From NCBI RefSeq assembly GCF_009914755.1, contig NC_060928.1: a stretch of 64,000 bases of DNA; one strand, given 5' to 3'. Positions 1 through 12,683 of the stretch are shown in pieces (position 1 is the stretch's first letter; each line of letters opens with the position of its first letter). Below the pieces are notes generated by a model. It was not told where the DNA came from. It was given only the letters and a program-made list of their open reading frames with translations, and made no database searches. Position numbers and translations under genes: made by a program. The DNA comes from the human T2T-CHM13v2.0 reference genome, Homo sapiens.

Positions 1-289
1 TTTTTTCTTCTTTCCCTCCTCCTTTTTTTTCTTTTTTGCTAGAATAGACTTTGCAAAAATCAGTTTAATTTTTTGAGGGGTTCGTTGATTTTAGCATCAC
101 TGAAAGATTCTGGAGATCATTGCTTTAGTTAATGCAATGGCTTATTTATTGATGTAATGAGGACTTCTTTTATGGGGAAAAAGAAGGCATTCAACAGTGT
201 TTGCCAAATGAAAGACTAGCTGTGATAACATTACTTTTGTCTGTTTTCTGTGTGCATGCTGGGCTTTAAAATATGCTTGGAATTTTCTG

Positions 290-455
290 TAGAATCATAA
301 GATGCTGAAGTTGGAAGGGTACTCAGAGAGCATCTGAGCAATCCCTCATTTACAGATAAGAGAACTGAAGCCCTGAAAGGATAAATGAATCATCCATGGT
401 CACATGCTTGGTTGGCAACATGGTTGGGACTGGGACCCAGTGCTTTTTTCTGACC
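290..455 (-). mobile_element. MIR SINE fragment
   Basis: Antisense MIR core 'cctcatttacagataagagaactgaagccctgaaagg...ggtcacatgc...gggactgggacccag'; diverged, boundaries approximate. Confidence 0.6.
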
Positions 456-583
456 TTCTCCTCAGGGTATCTCTACAATGTCTCATGTTAGTATTTTGCT
501 TGATGAGGGAGGGACGTGGGATTCTAATATACTGTGCTAATGCAGTATAGTTTTCCATTTTTCTCACTTGTTTTTTGGTGGGG

Positions 584-1173
584 TATAGTGGGTTGAATGT
601 TGGTACCAAAAAAAAAATATGTCCACATCCTACTCTCTGGAACCTGTGAATATTAATTTATTTGGAAAAAGGATCTTTGTAGACATAATTAAATTCATAG
701 TTTGAAATGAGAAGACAATTTTTTCCATGGACAGATTGGGGAGGGGGATGGTTTCTGGATGAAACTGTTCTACTTCAGATCATCAGGCATTAGATTCTCA
801 TAAGGAGTGCGCAACCTAGACCCCTCGCATGCACAGTTCACAGTAGGGTTCCTGCTCTGATGAGAATGTAATGCCGCCGATGCCGCCGCCACTGATCTGA
901 CAGGAGGCAGAGGTCAGGTGATAATGCTCACTGGCCCGTTGCTCACCTCCTGCTGTGTGATCTGGTTCCTAACAGGCCACAGACTGGTACAGGTCCATGG
1001 CCGGGGGTTTGAGGATCCCTGAGAGATCCAGATTGCATCCAGAGAGAGTGCAGCCCTGCCAACACTTTCATTTCTGACATCTGTCCTCTAAAATTGTGAG
1101 AGAATCAAATTCTATTGTTTTAAGCCACCCATTCTGTAGTAATTTGTTACAACAGACACAGGAAAGTAATGCA
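584..1173 (+). mobile_element. MaLR solo LTR (MLT1B/C-like), interrupted by MER1B and internally deleted
   Basis: 5' 'tatagtgggttgaatg...ctggaacctgtgaat', 3' 'ttttaagccaccc...ggaaagtaatgca'; 5-bp TSD TGGGG at 579-583 and 1174-1178. Confidence 0.8.
711..1021 (+). mobile_element. MER1B hAT-Charlie non-autonomous DNA transposon, left end missing
   Basis: 'gaaactgttctacttcagatcatcaggcattagattctcataaggagtgcgcaacctaga...gaggatccctg' matches recalled MER1B consensus; first ~40 bp absent. Confidence 0.85.
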
Positions 1174-2004
1174 TGGGGGAACAGAGAGCTAGGACTGATG
1201 TTGTTTTAACCACTTCTGACTTCACAGAGTCTAAGGAGGAGTAAGTGTCTGCTGGGGTGGGGGTGGACAGTTGAAGAGCTTCAGGAACAGATGAACGTTT
1301 TTATTGCGATGGAGACTGAGAATAGTGACCTTTCTGCAAATAACAGAAAAAGTCCCCCAAAGAAAGACCTGGGGACATCTCATCAAATAAAGTGAAGGAG
1401 GGAAGGACAGACCATTCCCTGTTTGATGCTCACACTCCTTCAGTCCTTGGCGCCCTCTCACTACTGCTTCCTGGATGTCTGTGAGCCCTTCTCGCCAAGC
1501 CACACGCCCTGAGAACTCTCCTCCTTCTCTTCTAACCTTCTGTAGCCTCTGTCTCATTTCCCCAAGGCTCTATTCCTAGTGCAAACCCTCACCTCCAAAT
1601 TAATATGTTGCAAGGAGATAAAGGCTGATTGTAATTCACTGTTACCGTGTGTTACTTCCATTTATCTTCTACAGCCCACTTTGTGTGAATTAACTAAAGG
1701 AGGAGAGAAGTCAGTGGGGATCTTGTGCAGGTTCCACACCAGCCTAAGGGAGAGACATTTTGGAGAGAGAGGAATATTCCTCCTGTCCTTCCTGCCATAC
1801 CCCATAAAGATCAGCCCAGATTATGAAAAGCACTGGTTGTAGGTATTTTCTTATAGCCCTAGATGTATTGGGAGCAGAAACCTGAATGTAGAAGAAAAGA
1901 AATTCTTCCATTTAGGCTGGAGTTCCTCAGAAAGTTCTACGAGTGATATGATATTGCTTGCTCCTCAGTGAGCTTTTTACTTAGTTATGATTTTCTTTTC
2001 TTTC

Positions 2005-2398
2005 AATGACTTACCCTTTATGTGCCTCAAGTTTCCTCATCTGTAAAATGAAATAGTGCTAATGAGAACACATGAACATAGGGAGGGAACAACACACACT
2101 AAGGCATGTCGAGGTTTGGGGTCGAGGAGGGAGAGCGTTAGGAAAAATAGCTAATGCATGCTGGTCTTAATACCTAGGTGATGGGTTGATAAGTGCAGCA
2201 GACCACTATGGCACATGTTTATGTAACAAACCTGCACATCCTTTACATGTACCCTGGAACTTAAAATAAAAATTAAAAATTTTAAAAATGAAATAGTACT
2301 CACCACATACGCTGGTTGTATTATATGAGTTAATCCAGATAATGCTTTATAGCAGTGCCTGGCACATAGTGAGAACTCAATAAATGTTAGCTATTATT
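2005..2398 (+). mobile_element. MIR split by an L1 insertion
   Basis: 'gcctcaagtttcctcatctgtaaaatg' then resumes 'agcagtgcctggcacatagtgagaactcaataaatgttagctattatt'. Confidence 0.8.
2058..2284 (+). mobile_element. 5'-truncated older L1PA (about PA13-16) 3' UTR
   Basis: 'taatacctaggtgatgggttgata...gtaacaaacctgcacatcc...ggaacttaaaataaaa'; perfect 13-bp TSD aaaatgaaatagt at 2045-2057 and 2285-2297. Confidence 0.9.
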
Positions 2399-3429
2399 CT
2401 TTATCAAGGAGAAACACCTGATTCCCTATTTCTGTGAGAAGGGATGATCCCTATGTACACTCAGTTTTTTGACTCATTCCTTACTCTTCCTCCTGGTGAC
2501 CTGCTTGGCTAGTGACAGCCATTATTCCAATTTCTTTGCTTGTAGAGGTCTATTCATTAAAATTACTGAGTGTGGGGAGATTTGGTATCTCCTTTTTTTT
2601 TCTTTCACTCTCCACTCAGAGCAGCAGGAGACAGTGACTTGAGTAAGTGTGTCTGCTTTGTGGTCTCAAAGTTTCCCTCAGGTGGGCTGTTCTGAGTCTA
2701 GTAGACTGAGACTGAGAATGAGCAAGCACATGTTTCTTACAGTAAGCAAAGTTCTTCTATCTAGTCTGGATTAGTAACATAATATTTTTGTTTATTCACT
2801 GACTCTTTTGTCTTACTTCTTATTGGCTTAGTGCTCACATTGGGGTCCCTCAAAAACACCAACATAATTATTATTGTCAGGGAGAACTTCAGCCAGGGTG
2901 GAAAGAATCTTGTTTGAGGGAAAAGTCTGTGTCTAAGCAGGTGCATCAAATGATTCCCTGTGTTTAAGGCGGAGTGCAATGCTGAAGATCTGTGTTCCCT
3001 TCTACCTCCAAGACACCAAGTTAGTGAGAACTATCTTACTTTCCCGTCACACTTCTTAAGTCAATCAGCACCAAAAGAACATCTGCAGTCATTCTTTCTT
3101 CAAGCCCACGTGCTCTCCTGAAAGAAGCCTTTAAGGATACACCAACAATTCCATGCTGTGGAATGAGTAAAATTGTGCAGTGAAGGGATCACAAACAGAA
3201 GATTTTTATTCCTGAGCAAGCAAAATGAAAATTCAGCAAACAAATCAAAGAATCAAGATAAAAACCTGAAAGATGAAATGAGAACATGAACTATATAACA
3301 ATGAACATAAAACAAAATCCTTCCACCACCCTGGCAATTACTTTGGTCCTGTGGTGAGTGAGAATGAGAAAAATACTCCTAGAGGAAAGAAGTGCTCAAA
3401 GTTGTAGGAATACTAATGTCTTGCATTGA

Positions 3430-3615
3430 TGTATTACTTTATACTGTACAACGTGCCTTTACATTTGTCTCCTTTGTTGGTTTTTATACTAATTCTATGG
3501 TGTTTTTTGGGGAATTTGATCTCCTTATTATAGATGTAAAAAGAAAAGATGCTCTGAGAGAGATAATATAATCTCTGACAGCTATAACTGGTCAGATGAC
3601 TAGTGTGTGATCCAA
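3430..3615 (-). mobile_element. Highly diverged MIR fragment
   Basis: Weak similarity to antisense MIR ('tactgtacaacgtgcctttaca...ttatagatgtaaaa'). Confidence 0.35.
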
Positions 3616-3639
3616 TAACAGATGAAAGTACTCTATCTA

Positions 3640-3751
3640 TTTTTTTCTTTTATATAGAGTCTTGCTATATTGCCCAGGCTGGCCTCAAACTATCCTCTCA
3701 CCTCAGTGTCCTGAGTAGCTGGGGATACAGGCATGTGCCACTGCGCTTGGC
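3640..3751 (-). mobile_element. Alu monomer (FLAM/FAM-like)
   Basis: 'gagtcttgctatattgcccaggctggcctcaaac...gagtagctgggg...gtgccactgcgcttggc'; degenerate TSD tgaaagtactctatct (3623-3638) / tgaaaattctctatct (3752-3767). Confidence 0.8.
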
Positions 3752-4844
3752 TGAAAATTCTCTATCTCTTATCACACAATTGTTTCTACACTTTTGGTAG
3801 TGGTGGGACTAATACTTCAGCTAGTTTTTTTTAGTATTCTGGGTTCTATGAATCTGAACTCTAATTGTAACATTGAAAAAATCATTCTCTACCATTTTGG
3901 AAACACAGACATTCTTCCATCTGCCTGAACTCAGAAGATTTCCCTTCATAAGTTTATTAATGAGAGATTTGGATTTGTTCATTTTAACAGTGATTCAGAA
4001 TAAGAGGATTGTCTCTTTAAATAAACTCAAGGGTTTAATAAAGAACAGTTTCATTGATAAGAGTAGAAGTATAACCAGGAACAGAACAATTGAAGGCCTA
4101 AAATGGTTTAGCTGTGGGTTCTACCATAAAAACAATCTTGTTTTTAGGATTTATACAAGAGCCCTCAGATGTGGATCAATAAAGAAATTAACATGGTACT
4201 TTAAGTACAAATATACATGTATTTTAGAAAGCAGTGGTCAGTTCTTACCTCACTGAAACTTGGTTTTGCTCTTTGTGGATGGCTGTCACCAGTGGGTTGT
4301 GCTGGAACTTCACCTATCAAGGTATTAAGATGTATTTTCCCCACTTACTCTTTGGCAATTGTCATCAGCTCCCTTGCTTTTTAGGTGCAATCCTGAAGGG
4401 TACTGGATTCTGTGGTTGTGGTCAGCAGTCTGTGACAAGGGTTTTCTGAATCCACTCTTGTTAAAGCCATCTGACAATCTACCTGTATGCAGTCTTTTTT
4501 GTTTCTGAATTTCTTTGTCTTAGCTTTCTATCTCCAGTGAGGAATTGGGAGACAGCCTGCTACTCTAGCTGGCATATTGGGGCTTGTTTCCTGGTCTTAT
4601 CTGTATAAGATCTATTTCCTAGAGCTGGGTTTTCTCCCCGACCCCCTTTATATTACATTAAGCTACCTCTGTAGTCAATATTGTGGTCTGTGATGGACTT
4701 TGACTGTTACCACTACAGGAACTCCAGAAGCATTCCTTGCTTTCGTCTTCACTTAGGGAGCATTCCTTCCTTTCTCTCAGCTTAGTTTGGATGACCATTG
4801 ATCACTGCCTACATGGGACTTAAGTTGTTGTCGTTCAACAGTGG

Positions 4845-4877
4845 TTTTTTTGTTTTTGTTTTTGTTTTTTTTTTTTT
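4845..4877. repeat. (GTTTTT)n / poly-T simple repeat
   Basis: Directly visible. Confidence 0.9.
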
Positions 4878-4923
4878 GCCGCAGTTTGAGGTAAAATGTT
4901 TGAGGAAAAAGTCTGTCTGAGCA

Positions 4924-5328
4924 GGATGGGCCATATAATGGGTACTTATAAGAGAAAGGAGAAGGAGACTTGAGACACAGAGACACAGGGGAGGAGGCCA
5001 TGTGAAGACAGAAGCAGAGATTGGAATGATGCTGCCACAAGCCAAGGGATGCCAGGAGCCACCAGAAGCTGGAAGGGGCAAGGAAGAATCCTCCATGTCT
5101 TGCCTCATGATACCCCTTCCTCACCAACACACATTGCCTGAGCCTCAGGTGCCTTTTCTCAGTTCCCTGAAGAAGCTAGACTCTTTGTCTTAGCACATTC
5201 ACACATGCTATTCTAGAGCCTATGGATATGGTGACTTTGGACTTCTGAACACTGAGATAATAAATTTCTGTGGTTTTAAGCCACCAAGTTAGTGGTATTT
5301 GTTATGACAGCCTGAGGAAATTAACACA
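4924..5328 (+). mobile_element. MaLR LTR (MLT1B/C-like) with a foreign ~118-bp insert
   Basis: 'ggccatgtgaagacagaagcagagattgg...ccaccagaagctggaaggggcaaggaagaatcctcc' | insert | 'ctagagcc...aataaatttctgtggttttaagccacc...aattaacaca'. Confidence 0.85.
5095..5212 (+). mobile_element. L2-like fragment inside the MLT1 LTR
   Basis: 'gccttttctcagttccctgaagaagctagactcttt...cacacatgctatt' resembles the L2 3' region. Confidence 0.5.
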
Positions 5329-6147
5329 AAGGATAACACTTTAAAAAATAAATAGGAGATTTATCTAAGTTATAAAATGATAATTTAAACACAGACCCAA
5401 TAATTTCTTCTTGGGCACTATGTTTATGCCAGGCTTGGAAGAAGTCATTAAAACCATTAATATGTCATCTAGAAAAAGAGGCATTTTCTCCCAGAGTTTA
5501 TGTATCTTGCTGAGAGTCTTCATGGGAGCAATCTTATTAACATATTAGAAATCCAACTGTGCTCATATATAGGTATAAGTTTCCCTTTGAAGATTTATCA
5601 ACTGGCTAAAGTTCATCAATGAAAATCAAATTAATGGTTTTTGCTTAAAATAATACCATCTTTCCTGGGCAAATAGATGAGTATTTCATTCTTTTCAGAA
5701 GGAACTTAGCTTACATAGTAACAAAAAACAGCACTTAGCTTTGGCAATAAATAAGCTATTACAAACACCATTTATCAATTTTGCAGAATGGCACTGTATT
5801 AAAATCAGTTATTAAAATAACACACTGGGTATTGACTTACTTTTATAAGTGTATCAAACTGATTTACCACTAGTATGAATGGGCCTTAGTCAGGTGACAG
5901 TGCATTTTGTGTGCGTGATTTACAAATATATGCTTCATTTTCATACAAATTTTATTAAATTATTCCACCAGTGGGAGATTCACTAGTTGGTGAGCATTTT
6001 ACTCTCAATATATCTCTTGCGGGGTTTAGGAGGAGCATTCATTCCCATGTTGATTGGGATAAATTGGTTCTTGTCACTCTTTCTCACCTCCTCTCTAGCC
6101 TTCTAAATACTAAATGGCTTCCTCTTGTTCTTAGAATGTGATACACT

Positions 6148-6662
6148 GTTTTGATTTGCATGTCTCTAATGATCAGTGATGATGAGCTTTTTTTCATATG
6201 TTTGTTGGCTGCATAAATGTCTTCTTTTGAGAAGTGTCTGTTCATATCCTTTGCTCACTTTTTGATGGGTTTTTTTTTTCTTGTTGTAAATTTGTTTAAG
6301 TTCCTTGTAGATTCTGGAAATTAGACTTTTTCAGATGGGTAGATTGCAAAATTTTCTCCCATTTTGTAGGTTGCCTGTTCACTCTGATGCTAGTTTCTTT
6401 TGCTCTGCATGCAGAAGCTGTTTAGTTTAATTAGATCCCATTTGTCAATTTTGGCTTTTGTTGCAATTGCTTTCGGTGTTTTAGTCATGAAGTCTTTGCC
6501 CTGCCTATGCCCTGAATGGAATTGCCTAGGTATTTTTCTAGAGTTTTTATGGTTTTGCGTTTTACATTTAAGTCTTTAATCCATCTTGAGTTAATTTTTG
6601 TATAAGGCATAAGGAAGGGGTCCAGTTTCAGTTTTCTGCGTATGTCTAGCCAGTTTTCCCAG
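6148..6662 (-). mobile_element. Internal L1PA ORF2 fragment (about PA7-PA10) without 3' UTR or poly(A)
   Basis: Aligns by eye to 34031-34542 of the full-length L1 in this window ('gttttgatttgca...ctagccagttttcccag'). Confidence 0.9.
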
Positions 6663-6984
6663 TAAGAAAGAGTGTCAGGAAGGTCTACTTTATCTTTTGT
6701 TACTTATACAAGAAACTGATCTCAATTGGAGAAGGAATGTCCACATTTCTATCTTTTCCATAAATAAAGCCCAAGGCATTCCTACACAGTCAGGCATGCA
6801 GGAATTTCTTAGCTCTATTTATACTAATGCTCTTGAAGAACAAATATCCTGGTTAGGTAGGAAACAGGCTGTGCTGGAAACAAGCAGCTTGCTGTGGTGG
6901 AAAATGTGAAAAGTGAGGGCTCTTCTAACTGTCCCTAGAGTTCGGTCTTGCCTGCCCATCTTCCACACACTCAACCAAGCTTGC

Positions 6985-7160
6985 CCATACTACCATTATA
7001 GCAATTATTGTACTACATTTGTCTGCCTGTATTTCTTGCCTCTAGCCAGTATACTCTTTGAGGACAGAATGATACTTTTAATAGGCCTTGGTATCCTTAA
7101 TACACTGCATGCTTCCTGGATCACTGTGGGCATCCAGTTGCAATCTGTCAATAAACAAGG
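6985..7160 (+). mobile_element. L2 3' fragment
   Basis: Diverged L2 tail 'ctctttgaggacag...tgtcaataaac'. Confidence 0.45.
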
Positions 7161-7300
7161 CTTTTGAGTCTGATAGACTTGACTTGTGTTAGCATTCTGG
7201 CTCCGTCATAAGTGGGATTTTGGGAAAGTTGCTTTATCTCTTGGGACAGTTATTTTTTTCATTTGTAAACTAGAGATGACTGTTTAAGTATGTTGCAAGA
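7160..7300 (+). mobile_element. MIR fragment
   Basis: 'ggcttttgagtctgatagac...ttgggaaagttgcttt...catttgtaaact'. Confidence 0.5.
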
Positions 7301-7322
7301 TTGCTTACTTATCTTAACCAGG

Positions 7323-7812
7323 TATGGTAGATTGAATTATTAGTTTAATTTCTACATCCCTCCCTATACCCACGCCTTTTGCTATATGACTTTGCATTTT
7401 CTCACTAGATGCACTCTCCTCCTCTTTACCTGGACTCAGGCATGTGGCTTGCTTTTGTCTATGGGATGTTAGCTGATGTGACACAAGCAGGGGCTTGAAT
7501 GGTGCTTTGCCATTGTGCTGACATCTTGTACCAATGCCACTTCTACAAGAACTTCCCTTGGAAGGTATTGCTCCTTCAGTCTGAGCTCCATAATTAATAC
7601 ATCAATGCATACATGTGGAGTTGACTATAGCACAACATGCAGCAAGGAGCTAAGCCCAGTCAGACCCACAGCTAGGAGCAGAGCCATTTTAACAACTGCA
7701 GAGTGAAGCAAAGTTGCCCCAGCTGACTGGCAAATTTGGAAGTGAGAATTAAATCCTTCTGGTCATATGCCACTGAGATTTTGTAGTTTGCCATGCAGGA
7801 ATAGTTAATTAA
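7323..7812 (+). mobile_element. MaLR LTR (MLT1I-like)
   Basis: 'tatggtagattg...tatgactttgca...catgtggcttgctttt...tatgccactgagattttg'. Confidence 0.7.
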
Positions 7813-7814
7813 TG

Positions 7815-8390
7815 TAACAAGGTCTCCCAGAAAATGGACTGAGGCAAAAGCTTATGTAACACCTGTTTTAAATAAAAGGACATGATAAAGGAATGCAATC
7901 CCAGGGAAACAGGAGTAAGGGAAAAAGGGTGATGAAGGAAGAAGCCAGTATAAGTAGGTGTTACCAAGCCTGCATCTACTTGGTGTACAGACAGTCTCAT
8001 GGCACTGTCTCCTGAAAGGGCATGTGAATCGCTGCATCCTAGGGAAGTTTATGGAGATGGCAAGGAAAACAATTTATCTACTGTTTCCTAGTCTCCATGT
8101 TTGTTGCATGGGTATTAACTCTCTTTCACTTTGGAGTTGCTCATGTGTGTTGAGGAGGAAGTCTTGAACATTTTGTACTCCAGGCAGCAGGGACTCTGCA
8201 TGATGAGAGGTAAGAGGTGTGCAGAGCATGAGGGGTGAGGAGCTCTGGGTGGTGTTGAGGTACAGTGAGCCTAGGTGGCTGGGAGGAGCTCCTGTGGAGA
8301 TGGTCATAGAGGCAGCAGCTGGAGCAAAATAAAGCGCCAAGAGTCCCGGAGGCAGCTGATGCTTAGAGGCTCAAAGGCAACAGAGAAGAG
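7815..8390 (-). mobile_element. ERVL solo LTR (LTR41/LTR33-like)
   Basis: 'ctgaggcaaaagcttatg...gcaatcccagggaaacaggag...ggtattaactctctttcactttggagttgctcatgtgtg'. Confidence 0.55.
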
Positions 8391-11300
8391 GTGGCTGATC
8401 ATGCTTTATTTACTGGTAGCTATTATTATTATTAATATGCTTTAGGGGGAACCTATTGAAATCTAGTTCAATTTTAAACACAGTTAATTAAGAAGCATAT
8501 CTTTATTTGTTTTGCTATTTTCCAAAGTGAAAACTCTGATTTGGAACATTAGAAATCAAGGGAGCACTGGTTAATTTTCATCCCTCTTCTTTCATTTTTA
8601 CATATTCCAATGCTTTGCCTTGCAACATCATTAATACTTTATATTATTTTGTAAACACATGTCTAGGTAAGGTCACTGAAGAAGGTTCTGGAAGCATTTA
8701 ATAAGTGGTGTAAAATCCTGATATTGATATTGCAAAATGAAATAACTGATAAGGAAAGTAAGACTTTTGGGTGATGTTGGAAATCTAATTCTCTTTATTA
8801 ACCTTGTAATTCCAGTAGAGGTGAGATTTGGGATAATGGTCTAAGGTGAAGAATTTTATAGTGAGTTTGTCAAGAGCTCTAGTTTTAATGAATTTATAGC
8901 CAGATCTGTTAATGGAGTCATAATAACAACAGGGAATGTGATAATAAAATTAGGAAGAATCAAAAAATATTTGTGATAAAGAACAAATTGATAAGCAGAG
9001 ATTCCTAGATTGAAGTTTCCTGCTGCCGTGGTAAATCTAATTTCTTGTTTCTTTCTCACTGGCAGGGATTGATATAGAAGTGCTTGATAAGCAATACAGG
9101 TCTGAGCAGTATTGCTATGGGGCTGATTCACTAAAAACCAGAACTTACATAAGCCTAGATTAAGTGGGAAAAAATAAAGGAATTTAATAGCCAAATGGAC
9201 CTTTAACCTATATTGCTGGTCACACACCAGTTTCTTAAAAACTCCACCCTGAACCAAGCTTGCAAACTGTTATTGAAAAAGCAAGGGGGGCGGGGGCACA
9301 AGAGTGTTACATCTTGTATACCAAATGATAAAGATAATACTTATTTACTGACATTTATGGATAATATAATCCTTATAGTGTTTAAATTAAATGTTAAAGT
9401 TAATCCTCTTTACACAGTAAACTTCATCAGAATTTGGATGAGAGGACTAAAGCAAAGTCTTGGGTTCTAAACTAATGTCATTGTCTAGAATTAAAAAAAA
9501 TGAATAACCTAGAAAAGGAAGCTGAACTTTTCACAGGACACATGCTTCGGGGGCTTATATTGAATAGAAATTCTTTATTAGCAGCTACATAAGAAAGAGG
9601 CATATAAAGGGAACTTTTTTTTCCATGCTGAAAATGATAGATATTTACATTTACTTGAATCTTTTTTTTTTTTTTTTTTTTGGCAGAGGTCTTAAAATGC
9701 CTTTTTCTTTTGTGTTTATTCTGACTCATCAGTAATTCCACTAATAATTTAAGTTCTGGTAAGGCATGGATTCCAAAGCTCTTAGAAGTCAACTTGTAAA
9801 GAGCTGGTGCTTAAAAGTAGCTGATTAAATGGCAGTACAAGGTGGAGAGGAGTGAATGATCCTGAGGTCAGCAACTCCCCTTGTGAAAATGTCATAGTGA
9901 TGTGGAAAAAAACCTGGACACCCTCCCTTTTCTCCCTTCGAGTAAGCAGTAGTTTGGGGGCTGGGGCTGTGTGTTGGGGGTGCTGCTCATGTGGGCTTCC
10001 AGGAGCTGAGGCTGGATATGTGGGAGCCATTGTTCTGAGGCTGTAGGGTATGAAGCCATGGGACACAGGGGTCAAGGGTGGAACAGGAAGTAAAGGAACT
10101 GGTAAAGCCTCTAGCCTAGAGAGCTGGCAGAGAATGAAAACAGAACTGGAGAGAATTGGTGGGTGTAGATTAGACAACAGGCAAAGCTGATTGAACAGGT
10201 TTGGGAGGTGAGGGCTTGAAAGCAATTTTTCAGAGGCTATATGACTGTGGCTGAACCTGCTTCAGACAGTCAGGCCCTACTGTCAAGAAGGAGTTGACAC
10301 TCTGCTTGACTGCGTAGTACCATGTGCTTCCTCACTGCTTCCCCTTTCTCTGGATTATCCAGATAGGCTTGAAAGAGAAGGGTGAGGATGGTTAATCAGA
10401 AAAAGACTCCTGGCTTACAAATCTGCAACTTAGCTCATCGACAGCTGATCAGGACATGTGCATTGGGAAAACTGTGCTTTCAGTATAGCAGAGATAAATG
10501 CTTTGAAATAAAGGCAGAAAAAAAAAAAAAAGAGATCATGCAAGTTTTCACATTCAAACTATAAAGCTTGCAATTTTTAGGCATTTTTTCCCAAGCCCCT
10601 TCGTGCTCTTTTCAATACTTGCTCTGAGAGAAGAAACCCTCTTCAGTTTGGTGATCCATGGTACTCTGGTTAGGAGATATGTGCTGTGAGAGAAGCAAGG
10701 AGGGCGGAATGTCAATACAAGTGTGACCATGACTGTGACCATGATAGCCACTGTGAACACTGCCAATGCCCATGCTACTATTAGGAACGGGGCCTTGTTG
10801 GAGGGAAACTACCTCCGCTTTTAAGAATGTATATGTTTAAGGGCATTTCATTGTAGAACAAAAATAGATTGGTGTGAAGCTGAGACATTAAATACCTTAA
10901 AAATTTCTTACATCACTTGAAATTTATTTTCTTCCTTTTTGGGTCATTTTTGAGGCTTATGGACATAGGGGTGCTACTCAAACACGTAAAAAGCTATATG
11001 GCTTGGGCACTGGTCATCAGAACAGATGCCAGCTGCACTGTTTCAGCAGGGCCCAGGAACACCCTGCCCTGCCTGGCATCACTTCTGCAGCTACACAATA
11101 GGAGTGGGGACATAAGGAGACCCCGGGGAAGCATCAAGGTGGCTAGCTCAATGAGGTCACGTTGTGGGAGCTCAGAGATTCAGCTATTTACTGGTCAATA
11201 TAGAAGTATTTACATTTTGTAGCAAAAGGTTGGCCCCACAAGCTGAGTAGCAGTTCTGCCTTATGAAAATGACTTGCTTGTCCTCAGCCTTTGTCACTCT

Positions 11301-11593
11301 AATGACATCCATCATCTCTTCAGAATTGCACATATCCAGACTGTTGATGTCCCCAATTCCGCAAGAGGGGCTCTTTCTGTTGGCTTCTAAATAATAGATT
11401 TCCTGTACATCTTTCCCACAAGTGTTTATACTAAGATGTCTACTCAAAGTGTGGCTCAGAGAGCTCTAAACATCTTACTTGACAGCTTTGGATCAGTCAC
11501 GTTAACTCCTCATATTCCATGGACACTTGAAAATCTAACATCCAAATGTATTGAGTTCTTCATTTGTTAGATATGAAAGACACTTTTATGTCT

Positions 11594-11932
<339 letters not shown>

Positions 11933-12489
11933 AAAGACACTTTTCAAATTCAAACTCTTCTAACGAAGTCTCACTCTCTACAGAATGGCTTATATGAGGA
12001 GCTGAGAGAGTGCTAACTGCCAACATGTGTTTTAGTTGAAACATATTTGCTAATGTAAACAACTTATGCCTGCCTGTGGCACCCAAGAAGGTCACATGAG
12101 GCTTGCATGATACTTGGAGAATGCTGCTCTCACAAAGATTAATACGTGTAAATCTGTAACTCATATTTCTGTGCTCACACGTGTCTCACACAATTAAAGA
12201 GAAAGGGGACTTACTTACATCAGGCCAGCACTCTGAAAACTCCAGCATTTGATCAATAGAAAAGAAGGGAAAAAAATCAATGAAAAATGAAGGGAAACTG
12301 AAGAAAAAATGAATTAAGTGAATTTCCCCCACTCCTTCTTTTAGTTTGGATTTATTTGCTGTAGCTTTTATTTTTTCAAATGCAAAGTATGTTTCTCAAG
12401 TAGCTTTTTTAATTTCAGAGAATAAAATGGCTTTGAAGCTGTTTTCAGTGTTTAGGTAGAGGATAGCTCTTTGACAAAATATTGTAAGG

Positions 12490-12678
12490 CAGTGGTTCTC
12501 AAACTTGAACAAACACCAGAATCACCTGGCAGCTTCTTAAAATAAAGCTTGCTAGGCCCCACCCCCAGAGATTTTGATTCAGTAGATCTGGGATGGGGCC
12601 TGAAGATCTGCATCTCTACCAAGTTCCCAGATAATGCTGATGCTACTGGTCTCCAGGTTTACCCTTTGAGAACAACTG
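12490..12678. mobile_element. MER5A hAT-Charlie element
   Basis: Termini cagtggttctcaaa ... tttgagaacaactg; internal 'agaatcacctgg', 'gattcagtagatctggg'. Confidence 0.85.
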
Positions 12679-12683
12679 TAAGG

